A stretch of DNA of 64,000 bases from Schmidtea nova (Eukaryota). Position numbers and translations under genes: made by a program. Of this stretch, positions 1-12,601 are shown in pieces (position 1 is the stretch's first letter; the number at the start of each line of letters is the position of its first letter). The notes below the pieces were generated by a model. It ran no database searches. It was not told the origin of the DNA and saw nothing but the letters and a program-made list of their open reading frames with translations. The stretch is taken from positions 290,346,001-290,410,000 of the forward strand of contig CM097883.1 of the NCBI GenBank assembly GCA_044892505.1, in the 5' to 3' direction.

Positions 1-532
1 AATGCAGTTTAAGGAAGACGATATCACGATCAAATGGCTTCTTCACAATGTCTTTCCAAGACAGATTTTGTTTGGTGAAAACTGCTCTTGAAGACGAATT
101 AAATAAAGATGATTATAAAGATTTGGAAAACTTTTTCTTACATGTTCGCCGATTTTTTTCTAAATGTTTTCGGAAAATTGAAATATTTGGAGAATAATGT
201 ATTTTTCAAATAAATATTAGTTAGAATTGAATTTTTACTTACCTTTGATGTTAATAATTCCATAATATCATGAACATTTTCTACTAATTATTTAAAAATT
301 AAATAAAAATAGAATTGATGAATAAAGATAACCTTTTAAAGCTTTTATAGTGATCTCATATCATTATGCGATCAAAATAAAAGACTTAAAAGTTATCCTA
401 ATTACAAAAATTACCTGAAAGCCATTTTAAAATGGCTAATTCCAACAAATTTTGAATTAATGACTAATAATAACCCGTGATGTATCTCACTCACCTGCAT
501 TATAGGTCGCCATATCCAGTGAAACACGGTGT

Positions 533-680
533 AGTGTAGGCCCGTAATTTATGACCGTGCTTTTTTACTTTGTCCTAATCTGCAGTAGGTATGTATATTC
601 TTTCTATATATAAAATAATTTTTTATTATAGAAACTTTAAATTTTGCCTGTCTGGCCCTTAATTTATGCGCTTTGGTGTA
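533..680 (+). repeat. ~150-bp segment duplicated in inverted orientation at 16784-16928; contains a ~43-bp GT-AG intron-like stretch
   Basis: AGTGTAGGCCCGTAA...GCCTGTCTGGCCCTTAATTT..GCGCTTTGGTGTA matches the reverse complement of 16784-16928 with few differences; the same ORF start (MPVWPLI.ALWC) appears in both ORF-track entries. Confidence 0.9.
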
Positions 681-1774
681 GCAGATTCAATCCGGAAATC
701 GTATATACGATTGCATGTGAAAATATGAAATTTAAAATCCAATTTTTGAATTTATTCAATTTTCTACCACAGTCGAATGCTTTTATATACTTTATTAGTG
801 TATTCACTGATTTTGTGATAAAAAGATGACATTATTTTCTTATTATCGAGTTTGCAAGATGTCAATTATATTTATAAATCTAATTAAACTAGTTCACCAG
901 TTGTATTGATGTGGACAGGATGCAAAGAATTTGGATTCTTGGAGATCGAGTTTCTTATATGGTTTCCAATAGAACTAATTTAGCTCACGTCAAATAATAC
1001 ATGAAAATTAAAGAATTAAATTAAAAATTTTAAAAATTTTTATTAAACAAAACTAACATTTTCGATAACTGACTATTTGATTTTCTTAAGTCACTGCCCA
1101 CGTTAAAGGCTATATGAAAACGCAGACAAAATATATTAAGATTTTTAAAAAAAGTTAAGTAATTTTGCAACAAAATTATGAATTTTCAAATAAAAACCGC
1201 TCTGCTGAAATAGTTCGGGATTAGCAAAATAATGTTTGGAAAAGTCAAAAACGGATATTTCAAATTATAAACTAAAAAATATATTCTGTATTTTGTTTGT
1301 CAATAACTTTTAAATTATGATTTTGCAGCTGACTTTGAAATCGGATTTTCTCATGATTTTGACTATATTATCAGCTGTCATAAATGTAATATTATTATTA
1401 CTATTTATTTCTATTTATTATACGAGTTTATTATAAATAAATAAAATTATTTTAGAAAAATAAATTAATAATTAATTTCTTGAATTTTAATCAAATTAAA
1501 ATAAATAAACAAAATTAACGGATAACATCAAATAGCAGGTGTATCTTTCAAAATCCTTACACATTATGTTCGCGTATAAGATCAAGATAACATTTTTTTT
1601 TGAAAATTACCCAACAAATAATGATTATTTTTAAGGTTTCCACATTTTAAATTCTGAGTTTCACGATCACGTATTTCCTTGCATAAATCAAGATTTTCAC
1701 GATATAGCAATGCGGCCTTCTCCAGAGCCTTATGTATATGCAGTGGGAACTGTCTGAAATTCTGTCTGTCAATT

Positions 1775-2140
1775 GATTCTGAAGCCTTTGCATTTTAATG
1801 GAAAACATTTGCCAAATTATAAAGTGCTCGTAAAATGTTAGCTTTTTCATCTAATTCCTTGAAACTCTTGCAATAGTGCTCGTCTAATTTCCCCAACATC
1901 CTAAATATACTGCCAAGATTACCAATAGTCTTTCCTTCACCCGATAAATCTCCAAGCCGCCTTGATAAATCCAAATCCAACTGATGATAATGCAATGATT
2001 TTACGTAATTCCTTAATAAGAAATAAGCATTTTTTAACTGATTGTAAACTACATCTAAATGTTTAAATCAACTGTTCCAAGCATTAAAGATAAACGTTGT
2101 CCTTCAAATGCTAATACAATGCAATTAGCTTCTAATTCAT
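1775..2140 (-). pseudogene. GPSM: Decayed G-protein signalling modulator (GPSM/LGN/Pins) TPR fragment
   Basis: LAFEGQRL ... YNQLKNAYFLL..Y.KSLHYHQLDLDLSRRLGDLSGEGKTIGNLG...RALYNLANVFH parallels the N-terminal TPRs of GPSM1/2; stops, frameshift and deletions are present. Confidence 0.8.
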
Positions 2141-2653
2141 TATTTCAGAAGGTTCATTAGAAGTAGCTTTTGTTTAAAAGACAAATACAAAAAGACAAAC
2201 AATTTTAAATTTCCAAGATTTATTTTATTACCAAGCACAATTTCAAAATTAACACTATTTTTTCCAAAACAAAATCAATATCCATATAAAAAATGATAAT
2301 AAAAATAAAACAATAATAAAATAAAACAGCAAGAATAATTCAATAATTCTAATGATTTCAAACATTAAAGATACAATAATGCTCACAAGGATGTGATCAA
2401 AATTAAAAATGAGGGTACACACACAGGCGCAAAGCCCCAAATTACACAAACGCTCAAATAGTCAGTAAGCTATCTATCTGAGCTTACACATCAGCCGAAA
2501 CACCTTAAAATTAAAATAGTAGATGTAATTATATAATAGATGTAAAAAATAAGTGAAGGAGCATTCAAACGTTCAATAAATTTTTCTAGTTTATTCATTA
2601 AATTAATTTTACTTTAATTCTATGATCAATTTAATTAAATCGTATCTCTATAT

Positions 2654-3283
2654 CAGTGGTTCCCAACCTGTGGCCCGCCGGACATAAAAAAGTGGCCCTC
2701 GGCTTCTCAACAAAGAACACTAAAAGTATATCACAATTACACCTTCCATGGAAAACGTTTGCCCTAAATTTAGTTTAAAACTATAATATATCAGTATAGT
2801 TAAATAAACCATTGACGTCGGACAAACGTGCCCCCCTCTCTTACTATTTCCATGGCAAAGCAGGAGAGAGGGCGCGTTCAGCCTTACAAGAGAGAGGGGT
2901 CGTTTGCATTCACCAAATTAATATATTTCAGTAGCTAGATGGGCATATAATAGTAAAATCTATGTTTAGATTTTATTCACTAAAAATCTGATTTCATTTC
3001 CGCTCTTCTGAAATTTTTTTATAATAATTGTTTAATAATTAAACAATAATTATCACTGGCAATTTAATAACTAAAATAAAGTTATTAATCAGGAATTTGT
3101 CTATTGTAAAATATTATTGTAAATTGTGCCATGTAAAAAAGTATCCTTGATTTTTTCATATAGAGTATAGACTCATCATAGAGATTTTATATTCGTAATT
3201 TTTAGTTATTTTAACCTTTTGGCCCTTCGTGCCCTCCAACTAAACAAAAGTGGCCCTAAGCCAAAATAGGTTGGGAATCACTG
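2654..3283. mobile_element. Non-autonomous hAT (Buster/Charlie-type) MITE, 630 bp
   Basis: TIRs CAGTGGTTCCCAACC / GGTTGGGAATCACTG (14/15); perfect 8-bp TSD CTCTATAT (2646-2653, 3284-3291) with central TA. Confidence 0.95.
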
Positions 3284-3312
3284 CTCTATATTAATTATTA
3301 CTTTTACAATTT

Positions 3313-3666
3313 ATGAAGGTCAATGTAGAAGTGAATAAGGAGTTTAAAGTTTTCGAAATGATAAATCAGTGGAAGAACTCAGATTTGGTTCAATACACAA
3401 AATCTGGTAATCATAAGCTTTCCTTGTATGATATTGTGAATTCTTGGATCAGTCGTTCATGGGATGAATATTCCATTAACAACATTCAAGTGTCGATTAA
3501 CGTAGATAGATTTTCTGCTTATTATTCTGAAAAGCTTATATCAAAACGTGATGCATATGGTGAACGTTTCGTTGAAAAGTATTTGTCGGAACCCAATGAA
3601 GAAAATAATCGCAGTGACACTGAAGAAATGTTTGAAGATGATGCTTTTGTTATCATTGATGAATAA
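3313..3666 (+). CDS. 117-aa ORF, possibly a pogo/DDE_1 transposase C-terminal remnant
   Basis: YTKSGNHKLSLYDIVNSWISRSWDE loosely resembles the T.sG...kps...v..Wi..aW..i motif of Tc5/pogo transposases; acidic tail. Confidence 0.3.
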   Translation: MKVNVEVNKEFKVFEMINQWKNSDLVQYTKSGNHKLSLYDIVNSWISRSWDEYSINNIQVSINVDRFSAYYSEKLISKRDAYGERFVEKYLSEPNEENNRSDTEEMFEDDAFVIIDE

Positions 3667-3975
3667 ATTATTATTTTATTTATTTTACAAATTTTATACA
3701 AACGCACCAAATAGTAGGTGTATTTTAAAATATTTCCCGACCTACTATTTAAATAATTAAATTAATTAATTAATTAAACTAATTATTTCAATAAATAAAT
3801 TAAAATAAATAAACAAGGTTAATTACTTCAAAGATATATTTAATTAATTAATTAAACAAATAAAGTAAATATATATATATATAAATAATTTTAGTAATAA
3901 TCATTTTTATTCAATGACATCTGGTTTATTAGTTTAAAACTTTGTTTAAACAAATTGAATTAATTAATCTTTTTC

Positions 3976-6165
3976 TTAGAAGCTGACTATCCACCAAGTG
4001 AGAATGCTGCTCCCAAGATTGATAAATAATAATATTGCGCAAATATTTGTCTGATGAAATATTTGATAGAAATCCTTGTAGAGTTGTGCCAGATAGTGAT
4101 TGATGCTGTAACAATATTGGAAGCCGTTGAAAACTCTGAACAAAGATTCATTAATCCACTCTTCGAAATCGGAAACCAAAGCTGGAAAAATTTCATTTCT
4201 CAGCTTGGAAAATGTGGACACCCTAAAATTATAATTCGTAATTAAATGAAGAACATTTTCAATAAAAGGATTCTCAGATATTTCTCTCAGAATTTCATTT
4301 TGTTTTTCCATATCATTGAGTGAATCTGCCATGCCGATTCTTTCATTTTTAACACTGTTAATTTGAACATCCAGCTTCCCATATAGATCAATCGCTTCTT
4401 TGTAGGTTGGAAGATCAAAACTCAAAGAAATATCTTCCAATTTGCTCTGATTTAAACGATAAGAGTTTTCAATTGTTTCAATGACATTTTTATATTTAGA
4501 AAACCTTTCAAAAATGGTTTTCAAAACCGTTTTCATGGTCGAATACTCCAAAAGGATCCTTTCTACAAATCTTTCATTGAATTTGTGACGAGAAAGAAAA
4601 AGAAAATTGGAAATATTTCCCCGAATCATAGATCGAATTGAGTGCAATGTGTTTTGATCAGTGGTTTTGAAATGCTCAATGTCATTGTTGATTGTTTTAA
4701 ATTTATTTTCAAATTTTGCGCGAATAAAACTTGAAATTTGTTTTAAGTCGATAACTTGGGTCAAGTTGTTGAAGTCTCCTTCACCGAAAGGGTTTTGTTG
4801 GGAAACGTTTTTGCAAGATAACACGAGATTCTTCAAGATACCTTTTGGGTAAATATCAAACTCACTGACGTTCAACTGTGCGACTTCCATTTCTCTCAGA
4901 AGTGTATCCAAAAGGTCTTCATCCAAAATTTTTAAATGGGTTTCATCTAATGAATGCCTGCTTATGGCAATCGTATATCTATTGATGAAGAATATGAAAG
5001 CAAAACTCAACATCAAACCGACGGTGAAAATTGCTAAAATGAACACTGTAGAAACATTAATGGGCATGGAGTGATTTTCTAGTTTTGAAGACATTGATGG
5101 GCTCTTTTTCATGAATAACCCAATGACAAATATCAGCGCCAAGATTAGCATAATTACAGACAGTATAAAGAGAACCGATTGAATTCTTTTCAGAGGTTCT
5201 TTGATGAGATTTGAATAGCTTTCTTTTAGCGATTTTTCAGACGCTTCAAGCATGGTTTTGGAGAGGGACTTCATTTTTTCTGAAATCTTATTTATCAAGT
5301 CCTCATCATAAAAGTCAACACTGTTGACTAATTCATGAAATTTCTGAAAGTTTTGTTGGCCAATTTTAGAGAATTTGTTATAACGTTCGAATTCTTTGAG
5401 AACTTCACAAAGATTGTCATCTATTTCGTTGACATTAATTTTCTCAAATGACTCTTTCTCGATATTGTTTTGACAAAATTCTAACAAAGGTTTCCGATGA
5501 TTAAAACAAAGATTTGTCATTTGGGTTTGGAATGCATCGAAAGACAATCGAAACTCTTTCACAGTCGCTTGGTACTTCTTGGTGGTTTGCGGAAACTTTG
5601 AATAGATCAGTGAGATGTTGTTAAATTGGTTTATCAGTTTGAAAATCTCATCAATTTCTGTAGAAACTTTCTTATTTTTGTTTGAAATAAGAACCGTAAA
5701 CTGGTGGAAGTTCTTGTCAATTAAAGAAAACAATTTGTTTGAATCCAGCAAATAATATTGAATATCGTGAATAAGTGCAGCTATTATTTTCTCTACCAAT
5801 TTCATAGTTTGATCTATTGTTATTTGCATCTTCTCTAAATTGCGTTCTGCCTGATTCTGGGAATTTATTCCAAATGAAAAGAGAACCCCAGTGACTACAA
5901 AGCTCATTATTAGTAATGCTATCAATTTCTTTTCGTGTCTTTTGAAAATATTTCCGAATACTCTATGTTCAAGATTGAAGCTTTGTCTTTCATTTCGTAG
6001 TCGGTGAACAGGAAAGAAATGGAGTACCATTTTTGTCAAGGGCAAGAAGAGTGCTATTACAAGAGCTATAAGTAATATAATGCTTGGAAATGTTAACTGC
6101 CATTCCACATGCAGTGAGCTTTTCCAAGTATTTATTACACTTTCCAGTATGAGTTGCATTTGCAT
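3976..6165 (-). CDS. Prominin-like multi-pass membrane protein, single exon, 729 aa
   Basis: Paired hydrophobic helices separated by two large helical loops; ...VTGVLFSFGINSQNQ after a TM helix, SCKN in the second loop and C-terminal CYSINH..L + TM fit prominin topology; N-terminal ectodomain looks short or missing. Confidence 0.55.
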   Translation of the reverse strand: MQMQLILESVINTWKSSLHVEWQLTFPSIILLIALVIALFLPLTKMVLHFFPVHRLRNERQSFNLEHRVFGNIFKRHEKKLIALLIMSFVVTGVLFSFGINSQNQAERNLEKMQITIDQTMKLVEKIIAALIHDIQYYLLDSNKLFSLIDKNFHQFTVLISNKNKKVSTEIDEIFKLINQFNNISLIYSKFPQTTKKYQATVKEFRLSFDAFQTQMTNLCFNHRKPLLEFCQNNIEKESFEKINVNEIDDNLCEVLKEFERYNKFSKIGQQNFQKFHELVNSVDFYDEDLINKISEKMKSLSKTMLEASEKSLKESYSNLIKEPLKRIQSVLFILSVIMLILALIFVIGLFMKKSPSMSSKLENHSMPINVSTVFILAIFTVGLMLSFAFIFFINRYTIAISRHSLDETHLKILDEDLLDTLLREMEVAQLNVSEFDIYPKGILKNLVLSCKNVSQQNPFGEGDFNNLTQVIDLKQISSFIRAKFENKFKTINNDIEHFKTTDQNTLHSIRSMIRGNISNFLFLSRHKFNERFVERILLEYSTMKTVLKTIFERFSKYKNVIETIENSYRLNQSKLEDISLSFDLPTYKEAIDLYGKLDVQINSVKNERIGMADSLNDMEKQNEILREISENPFIENVLHLITNYNFRVSTFSKLRNEIFPALVSDFEEWINESLFRVFNGFQYCYSINHYLAQLYKDFYQIFHQTNICAILLFINLGSSILTWWIVSF

Positions 6166-6710
6166 TGTTTGACAGAATATTTTGGTTAGTAAAATGATTT
6201 CTTTATATATAAAAGTTTAATAAAAATGACGCAATGAGAATAACATAATATTTTTCCTTGAAAAATTAAAATAAGGAAATCAGCAAAATCTAATTTTTAT
6301 TAAAATTTTTATTCCATTTTATTTTTAAGTTAAATTTTAATATAATTAATTTAACTAAAGTTATTAATTTGATATTTTACTATTTGTTTTCATTTATTAT
6401 TTTGATTTTACAATTTAGTAACGATGATTTAACCTTCAGTATGCGCATAGTAAATATTCCGTGGTCTGTGCAAAGGCGTCAATCTTACCCCATATGTATT
6501 TTCATATATTTTTTTAAGAACTGTTTTAAAAGAACAGTTATTTTTATTTTATTTTTAATAATTCAATGACAAAAAAACTTATTTTATTCAAAAGCTACAG
6601 TGTAATTTAAATTATATAGATATTTAATTAGAAGCATCGCCTGACACGATTTCGTTGCTTTCTTCTTCATGCGAATAAATTACTTCTTCGTTTTTACAGT
6701 TTATCTAGAT

Positions 6711-8352
6711 CAGTGGTTCTTAACCTTTTTGGAGGTATTGAACCCCCCCAGTTACATATGCGCATTCACCGAACCCCTCCTAATTTGAAAAATAAAATTC
6801 GACTTTTACAAATTCTAAACGTGGTATATATATATATATGTTTGTGTGTGTAGGTGTACAAAATGAAAAAAAAATAAAAAAACAAAGATCAAAACATTAA
6901 ATTTTAATGGTTAAGTCAAAACATGAAACATATTAATTAATATTTACTTCAAATCTGTGTGACTTCTGCTGTTGCCTTTCAGAAACCAATTCAGAAATTT
7001 GCGGCTTTACCTTGGCAAGTGCCACATCTTCGTTCTTATTTACACAGTCGTCTAGCAGGGGAAAGTTTGCAAAGTTATCGTTCTCTGTTCGTCGTTTCCA
7101 TAACGGTAACTTTTTTTGAAAAGCCTTCAGGTCTTCTTCCGCTTCGATGATGTTGACTCCACCGCCCTGCATCTGTTTATTGAGATGATTGAGAGCTGCA
7201 AAGATATCAACCATGTACGCTAAAATGAGAATGAACTCAGAATTTTTGAAGCAATCTGCATGACAATGTTGTTGCTCTTGCAAAAACTGGACTAATTCCA
7301 CACGCAAGGCAAAAACGCGATTCAGCACCTGTCCTCTGGACAACCACCAAACGTTAGAATGGTACAGAAGTACCTCGAATTCTGATCCCATTTCATTACA
7401 AAGCTCCTTGAAGATGCAGTGCCTCAGCGCACTATTTCGCACATAGTTCACGCATTCCACTACAATTTTTAATACTTCTGCCAGTTTGGGAGGCAAGGTT
7501 TTTATTGCCAACGCATGCCTGTGTAGAATACATTGCGTAACAATGATGTGTGGTTCATTGGCTTTCACCTAACGCACCAAAACCAAACTTTCTTCCCAAC
7601 ATGGCTGGAGCTCCGTCCAAACAAACTGAAGAAACCATATCCCACGAAAGATTGTTGTCTTTGAAGAAGTCATCCACAAGTTTCTTCACATTGGCTGCCT
7701 TAGTTGTTGTTGTAAGAGGCTTACAAAATAAAAATTCTTCCTTTATCTCGTCGTGTTTCACATAGCGCACGAATACTCCAAGCTGGCTTAGATTGGAAAC
7801 GTCTGTGGTCTCGTCAAATTGAAGACTGAATTTTGCCGGGCTTGAAATCAGATCTGCAACTACTTGAGACAAGATGTCTTTGCTCATGTTCTCTATTCTG
7901 TCACTGATTGTGTCATTTGAAAGAGGAATTAGAGATAACTTATATTTAGTTGCTTTTCCCAGCATGATATTCACCATCTTTAACATAGCTGGTTTTATGA
8001 GTGTTTCACCAATGGTGTGTGGTTTGTCCTGCTTTGCGTTCAGGTAAGCAACTTCGTACGATGCTGTGAGGATCGGTTTGTTGACGGGCACAAAGCCGAG
8101 TACAGACAGAGTAGCCTTTTCGTCAAATCTGGCTCTCTTCACCTTGAATTCAGCGAGCGTTGTGTTCTTGTATTTTCCATCTCCATGCAGCTCAAGGAAG
8201 TTTTCTCTTAGTTTTGCCGATGCTAGACTAGAATTACTCAACTTGGCATTGCAAATCATGCATCAAGGATGCTGACTCCCATCACGTTCCGTTATACATG
8301 TGAATCCATATTGCACATATTCATCCGAACACTTTCGTTTTTTGCTCGACAT
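6711..8352 (-). mobile_element. Defective hAT Buster-type (ZBED5/ZBED8/SCAND3-like) element
   Basis: TIR-like CAGTGGTTCTTAACC at 6711; MSSKKRKCSDEYVQYGF..(stop)CMIC..KLSNSSLA BED finger, FSLQFDETTD, CLDGAPAMLG, HCILHRHALA, WLSRGQVL spread over broken frames; partner TIR not found. Confidence 0.9.
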
Positions 8353-8459
8353 AGTTCGTGTGAAGGGATTAAATACGTTATCCGGGTTTTCGGCCAAATT
8401 AAATATACCCTTATCTTTATATTTAAATTCCAACATAAAATCAATTTTAATATTAATCA

Positions 8460-9903
8460 CCCAATGGCCATTTAAAACACATTGCAATTTTTTAAGATAA
8501 ACAACACCATAATTTTCCCAGTATCCAAGGCATATGTCTCGAATGTAATATCGTATTCGCTTACTGATAAATCTATTTGGCGATGTTACTTCGACTTTTG
8601 AACTTTGTCTAAGGTTTATTTCCTTATACCCTAATGGATATATTGTCATTTTCACATTTTATTTCATAGCCCGTGGGTTAGATGATCGTTCTAAAATCGC
8701 GTTCCAATCTCTTACCAATTGCATAGCCATTTCTTTCAAAAAATAATTTACGTTCGCACGTTTTCCGCTGAAGGAATAGTTGTGGATTACACATTTGTAC
8801 AAGTTATAAGCTGCTATACCTGCAATATCAATCATGTTGAAAAATAAAACCGACGGTAATTGTTTGGTCTTTCTTTTGCAGGTTTATTTGACGCGAGGTC
8901 AACACAATCATCATCATGGAGAGTGAATATTAATAGAACATTTTTGTTCGCTTTCGGAACATAACTTACCAAAGTTAGATGACTGTTGAAGCAAAGGTTT
9001 GAGGAATTGGCGTCTCTCTTTTTGACTTCGGTTTTGTTCGTAAATTTATTCGTTAAATATGATTTATTTAAGCGAATCGTTCTAATTATTGTATTTTTTT
9101 CTGTAACATCTATTTCACTAATTAACAACTAGTAAAAAAGTTATCCATCTTTATGGTTCGACATTTATTGATATATGGCTCATGCAGTCAGTGAACGAAA
9201 TTTAGTACGTAATCAACCATACGTGGCTCATTTGATTGCCTGCCTACATAAATTTCTGCCCTCAATAGGTACGAGTTTAGCTCATCACAAATCCAAAACA
9301 TTTTAATCCCGTACTTGCCTGGCTAAGATGGTACATATTGTCTTAATGAACAACGACCACGCGTTAAAGCCAGTTGTTCAACTCTGGTTAAATGTGATGA
9401 TGGTTTATAAGGTTCTTTGATATTTGCCAAAAACATATTCCATACATCACAGATTGATGCGAGCTTATTTTCCTTCAAATGTTCGACTCTAGTTTGATAA
9501 TTGTCGAGGCGCAAGAATCGTAAAAGCTGTTGCACTCTTTGTAATGACCTTGTAGCCCAATAAAAATGACGGATGTTCAAGCAATACAATTCATCTAATC
9601 TCTTGTCCCAATTCTTTTGAACACCAGCGTATATAAGTATACCAATCACAGTATAAATTTCAACCAAATTTGTATCATACCAAATATGTGCAGTATGACT
9701 GATATTAGTGTAATATCTATGCGCTTTTCTATTTGTTTCCGTCACTATTGCATCCACTAACGTTTCTGGAACTAATATTTTAAATGCTGCAGATGACTAT
9801 TTATATTTTGAGCTGTTTGAACAGAAATTCCATGTCTTTCTCTCAAAATCTAAAAGTCTCTAACTTTTGTTATAATTGGTGGATTTGCGCTCCATTTCCT
9901 TAT
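8460..9903 (-). mobile_element. Degenerate piggyBac transposase (3' part)
   Basis: AIVTETNRKA, EIYTVIGILIYAGV, FLRFLRLDN, ICDVWNMF, YKPSSHL...QLALTRGRCSLRQYVPS, LTLVSYVPKANKNVLLIFTLH are typical piggyBac blocks; many stops and frameshifts. Confidence 0.88.
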
Positions 9904-12601
9904 TGTTGGATCCACCATTTGGTCCACATGTAACATAAAAATAATAATAATAAGAAATAAATAGGAATAAATTAATATTAATATAATTGCGAGAAATTTC
10001 AGAAAAAAATCAATTAAAAGTAATAAAAGATATAAAGAATATTGAAAAATTAGAAGAAATAGAATTTAAAAAAGTGTTAAGGAAAATGATATTTAATTAT
10101 ATTTAAATAATAAGAAAGTGAAATAAATAAGTAATAAAGAAAAAGAATTAATAAAATTTCTGTAAATCAAAACAAGAAAATTTAGTTATTTGAAACAAAA
10201 ATCAATCGATTTTATTTTTAATAAAATTTATTATGTTAATGAACTGGTATTGGTCTGATGATCAGCTTCAAGCTGATTGGTTCAAAATTTGATCTGGTCA
10301 GTATAAATACTGATCCAGATTCAGATAAAATTAATGATTGAGATCATTTGATATATGAAATTTGTATACAAAATTTTAGTTATCTATTGTGTTTAAAGAA
10401 ATTTTGAATCAGAAGCTATCAGGTACGAACCTTTGAATTGTTTTAATGTTATGTAATTCTGTTATTGCCATTCAATTAATAAACTTTTATGAATATATTT
10501 TATTTTATTTGAGATTTGTTTAAGCTTCTTCCACTGTGTAATCGGTGGAAGGAGACAAGTATATTAAATTATTGAAAGTTTTATTTTTATGATTATATTA
10601 TGGTCGAGCTTCTTCCACTGTGTAATCGGTGGAAGGAGGCGAATATATATTATTTATGTAGAGTAGTTACTGTAGATATATACATATTATTCAAGGGGCT
10701 CCTGAACATCGTGAAATCGGTGAAAAGGAGGCATACTGTGCCGAGTAGAAGACTGCTCCGTACAGTTAGGCCGTCCGACTGGTGTAAAGCGCCACGAGGA
10801 GGGTAGGATTGTATTAACCATAAATGCTAACATTTTTAATCACTGGATAGTATAACCAGTTGAAGTTTGATTTCATTTTGAGAAGATAATAGATTTGATT
10901 AGTATGAATTTGAATTTGAGTTTGAGTTTTATTTTATTCTGAGATAATAGTAGATGTGAGTACTATTGATCTGATTTCACATTCGGTTAACGAAATAGTA
11001 CCCTATTTTTACGATTGTCACATCTGGGGTTTGTGGGCATAAAGCGGCAGATATAAAGTCTGTAAATAAGCATAAAATACACCTTTGAACAAAATAACAA
11101 GAAAATCAATAACTTTAATAGCGTAGTTCAGTGATCTACCACACAAATATAGCATCAGCAATGGATCAAATCTTCAATACAGATAATTCATAATTAACAT
11201 AATTGATTATCCTGAACCCTGTACATAGGGCAGTAGATCTTAGTTAATTTTAATAATTTCTTATCCTGATTGCTGTACATAGCACAGGCGTGAATAAATG
11301 AAATATATTATCAAATGAATGTATCTGATCGCTGTACATAGCGACAGTGTTGAAAGTATATCATTTTCTTTTCCTGAATTAGAAATTAATAATCGTAGAA
11401 ATTATGAGAATTATTCCAACCAAAAAACCAAGTTCATATTGATAAACCATCTTGAATTCTAGAAAAATGTCAATCAACTCAGTAACTCCTCAAACAGAAT
11501 TGGACAAGGCGTGGCGTATTATTCGCAGCCTCGAAAAGGAGATATTAAAAAAATCCGAAAAGATAAAAGAGGCCGATTTTACGATTTCGAATTTAAAGAA
11601 GAGCTGGTTTAGTCCAGATCAAATGAAGGCGCAAATCATCAAAAATCAACGCTCTCAGCGAGCAAACGACGAACTAAAGATGGAACTCGATGCAACTAAA
11701 ATGGAGTTGAAGAAATGCCTGAAATCGGTAACGGCTTCTTACCTCAATCAAGAGTTGAAACAACTCATTCGTCCAATTACATATCAGCATTGGGCTGAAG
11801 AAAAGTCAGGCTGTTCAAAAGGAACAAATACGGATGAACCATCTCAGGTTCAAGTGATACCAATACCAGCCATACCAAAAAGCGTAGCAAATCCAGAGAT
11901 TAAAAAGAAGAAAAAGAGTAAGATGGGCGCGCGTCAGCGTCGTTGGAAAAAGCAAGTCTTACAGCAATTAATCCAACACTCAAAGGAAGTGCCCGAGATT
12001 GATTTGACAATGGATTTTGCCGTATCTGACGAAGACATTATTAAATAATTTAAATAAGAACTTAGAATTCTTGGTGTTAACTTATGTACAAAGTTTTAAC
12101 TTAATTATATTTTTGTTTTTGTATTTATTTTATTATAAAGTATTGGAAATAAAGTATTTTATTAAAAATTTTAAATTAAATCAAATGTAGATTTTAATTG
12201 ACAATAGGATTGACATAAATATAATAAACAATAGGAGTATTAAAGAGATAACATATTATAATTAGTTGGAATTATCTGTTGATATTGTAAAGAAGGGGGC
12301 ATAGGGAAAAATTGAATTAAAAGATAATGAATGCGGATAGATTAAAGTAAAAGTAAAGCGTAAGTCCTTCTATCGGCAGCAAGACGAACCCGTGAACATA
12401 AATGGGGAGTAGTTTTAGCAATAGAGCTCACCTGCCCATCATTGTTCAAACACCTTGCACATTTCCAACTCGATTATTACAGGGAAATGATCGAGGGTGC
12501 TCGTGTGATACGTAAGCATTTTATGTTTGGTCTTGGATGGAGGAATCCCTAGAGCGTTTAATTATTTAACTTTTTGTTTTAACCCATCCAAAACCCCAAC
12601 A
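9904..12601 (+). mobile_element. Solo LTR (2698 bp) of a family related to the giant element
   Basis: Starts TGTTGGATCCACCATTTGGTCC (cf. TGTTGGGCCCACCAATTGGTCT), ends CCCCAACA, 4-bp TSD TTAT (9900-9903, 12602-12605); shares CCAAT+TATA, GTACAT hairpins, a homologous ORF and the 3' block with the LTR at 32321-35376. Confidence 0.92.
11467..12048 (+). CDS. LTR-encoded coiled-coil / basic-motif protein (homolog of 34297-34887)
   Basis: Shared blocks ELDKAWRI, SWF.P..MK.Q, ATK.EL..CL.SVT.S, IRPITYQ.W; ATG at 11467 preceded by TAG-AAAA. Confidence 0.8.
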   Translation: MSINSVTPQTELDKAWRIIRSLEKEILKKSEKIKEADFTISNLKKSWFSPDQMKAQIIKNQRSQRANDELKMELDATKMELKKCLKSVTASYLNQELKQLIRPITYQHWAEEKSGCSKGTNTDEPSQVQVIPIPAIPKSVANPEIKKKKKSKMGARQRRWKKQVLQQLIQHSKEVPEIDLTMDFAVSDEDIIK

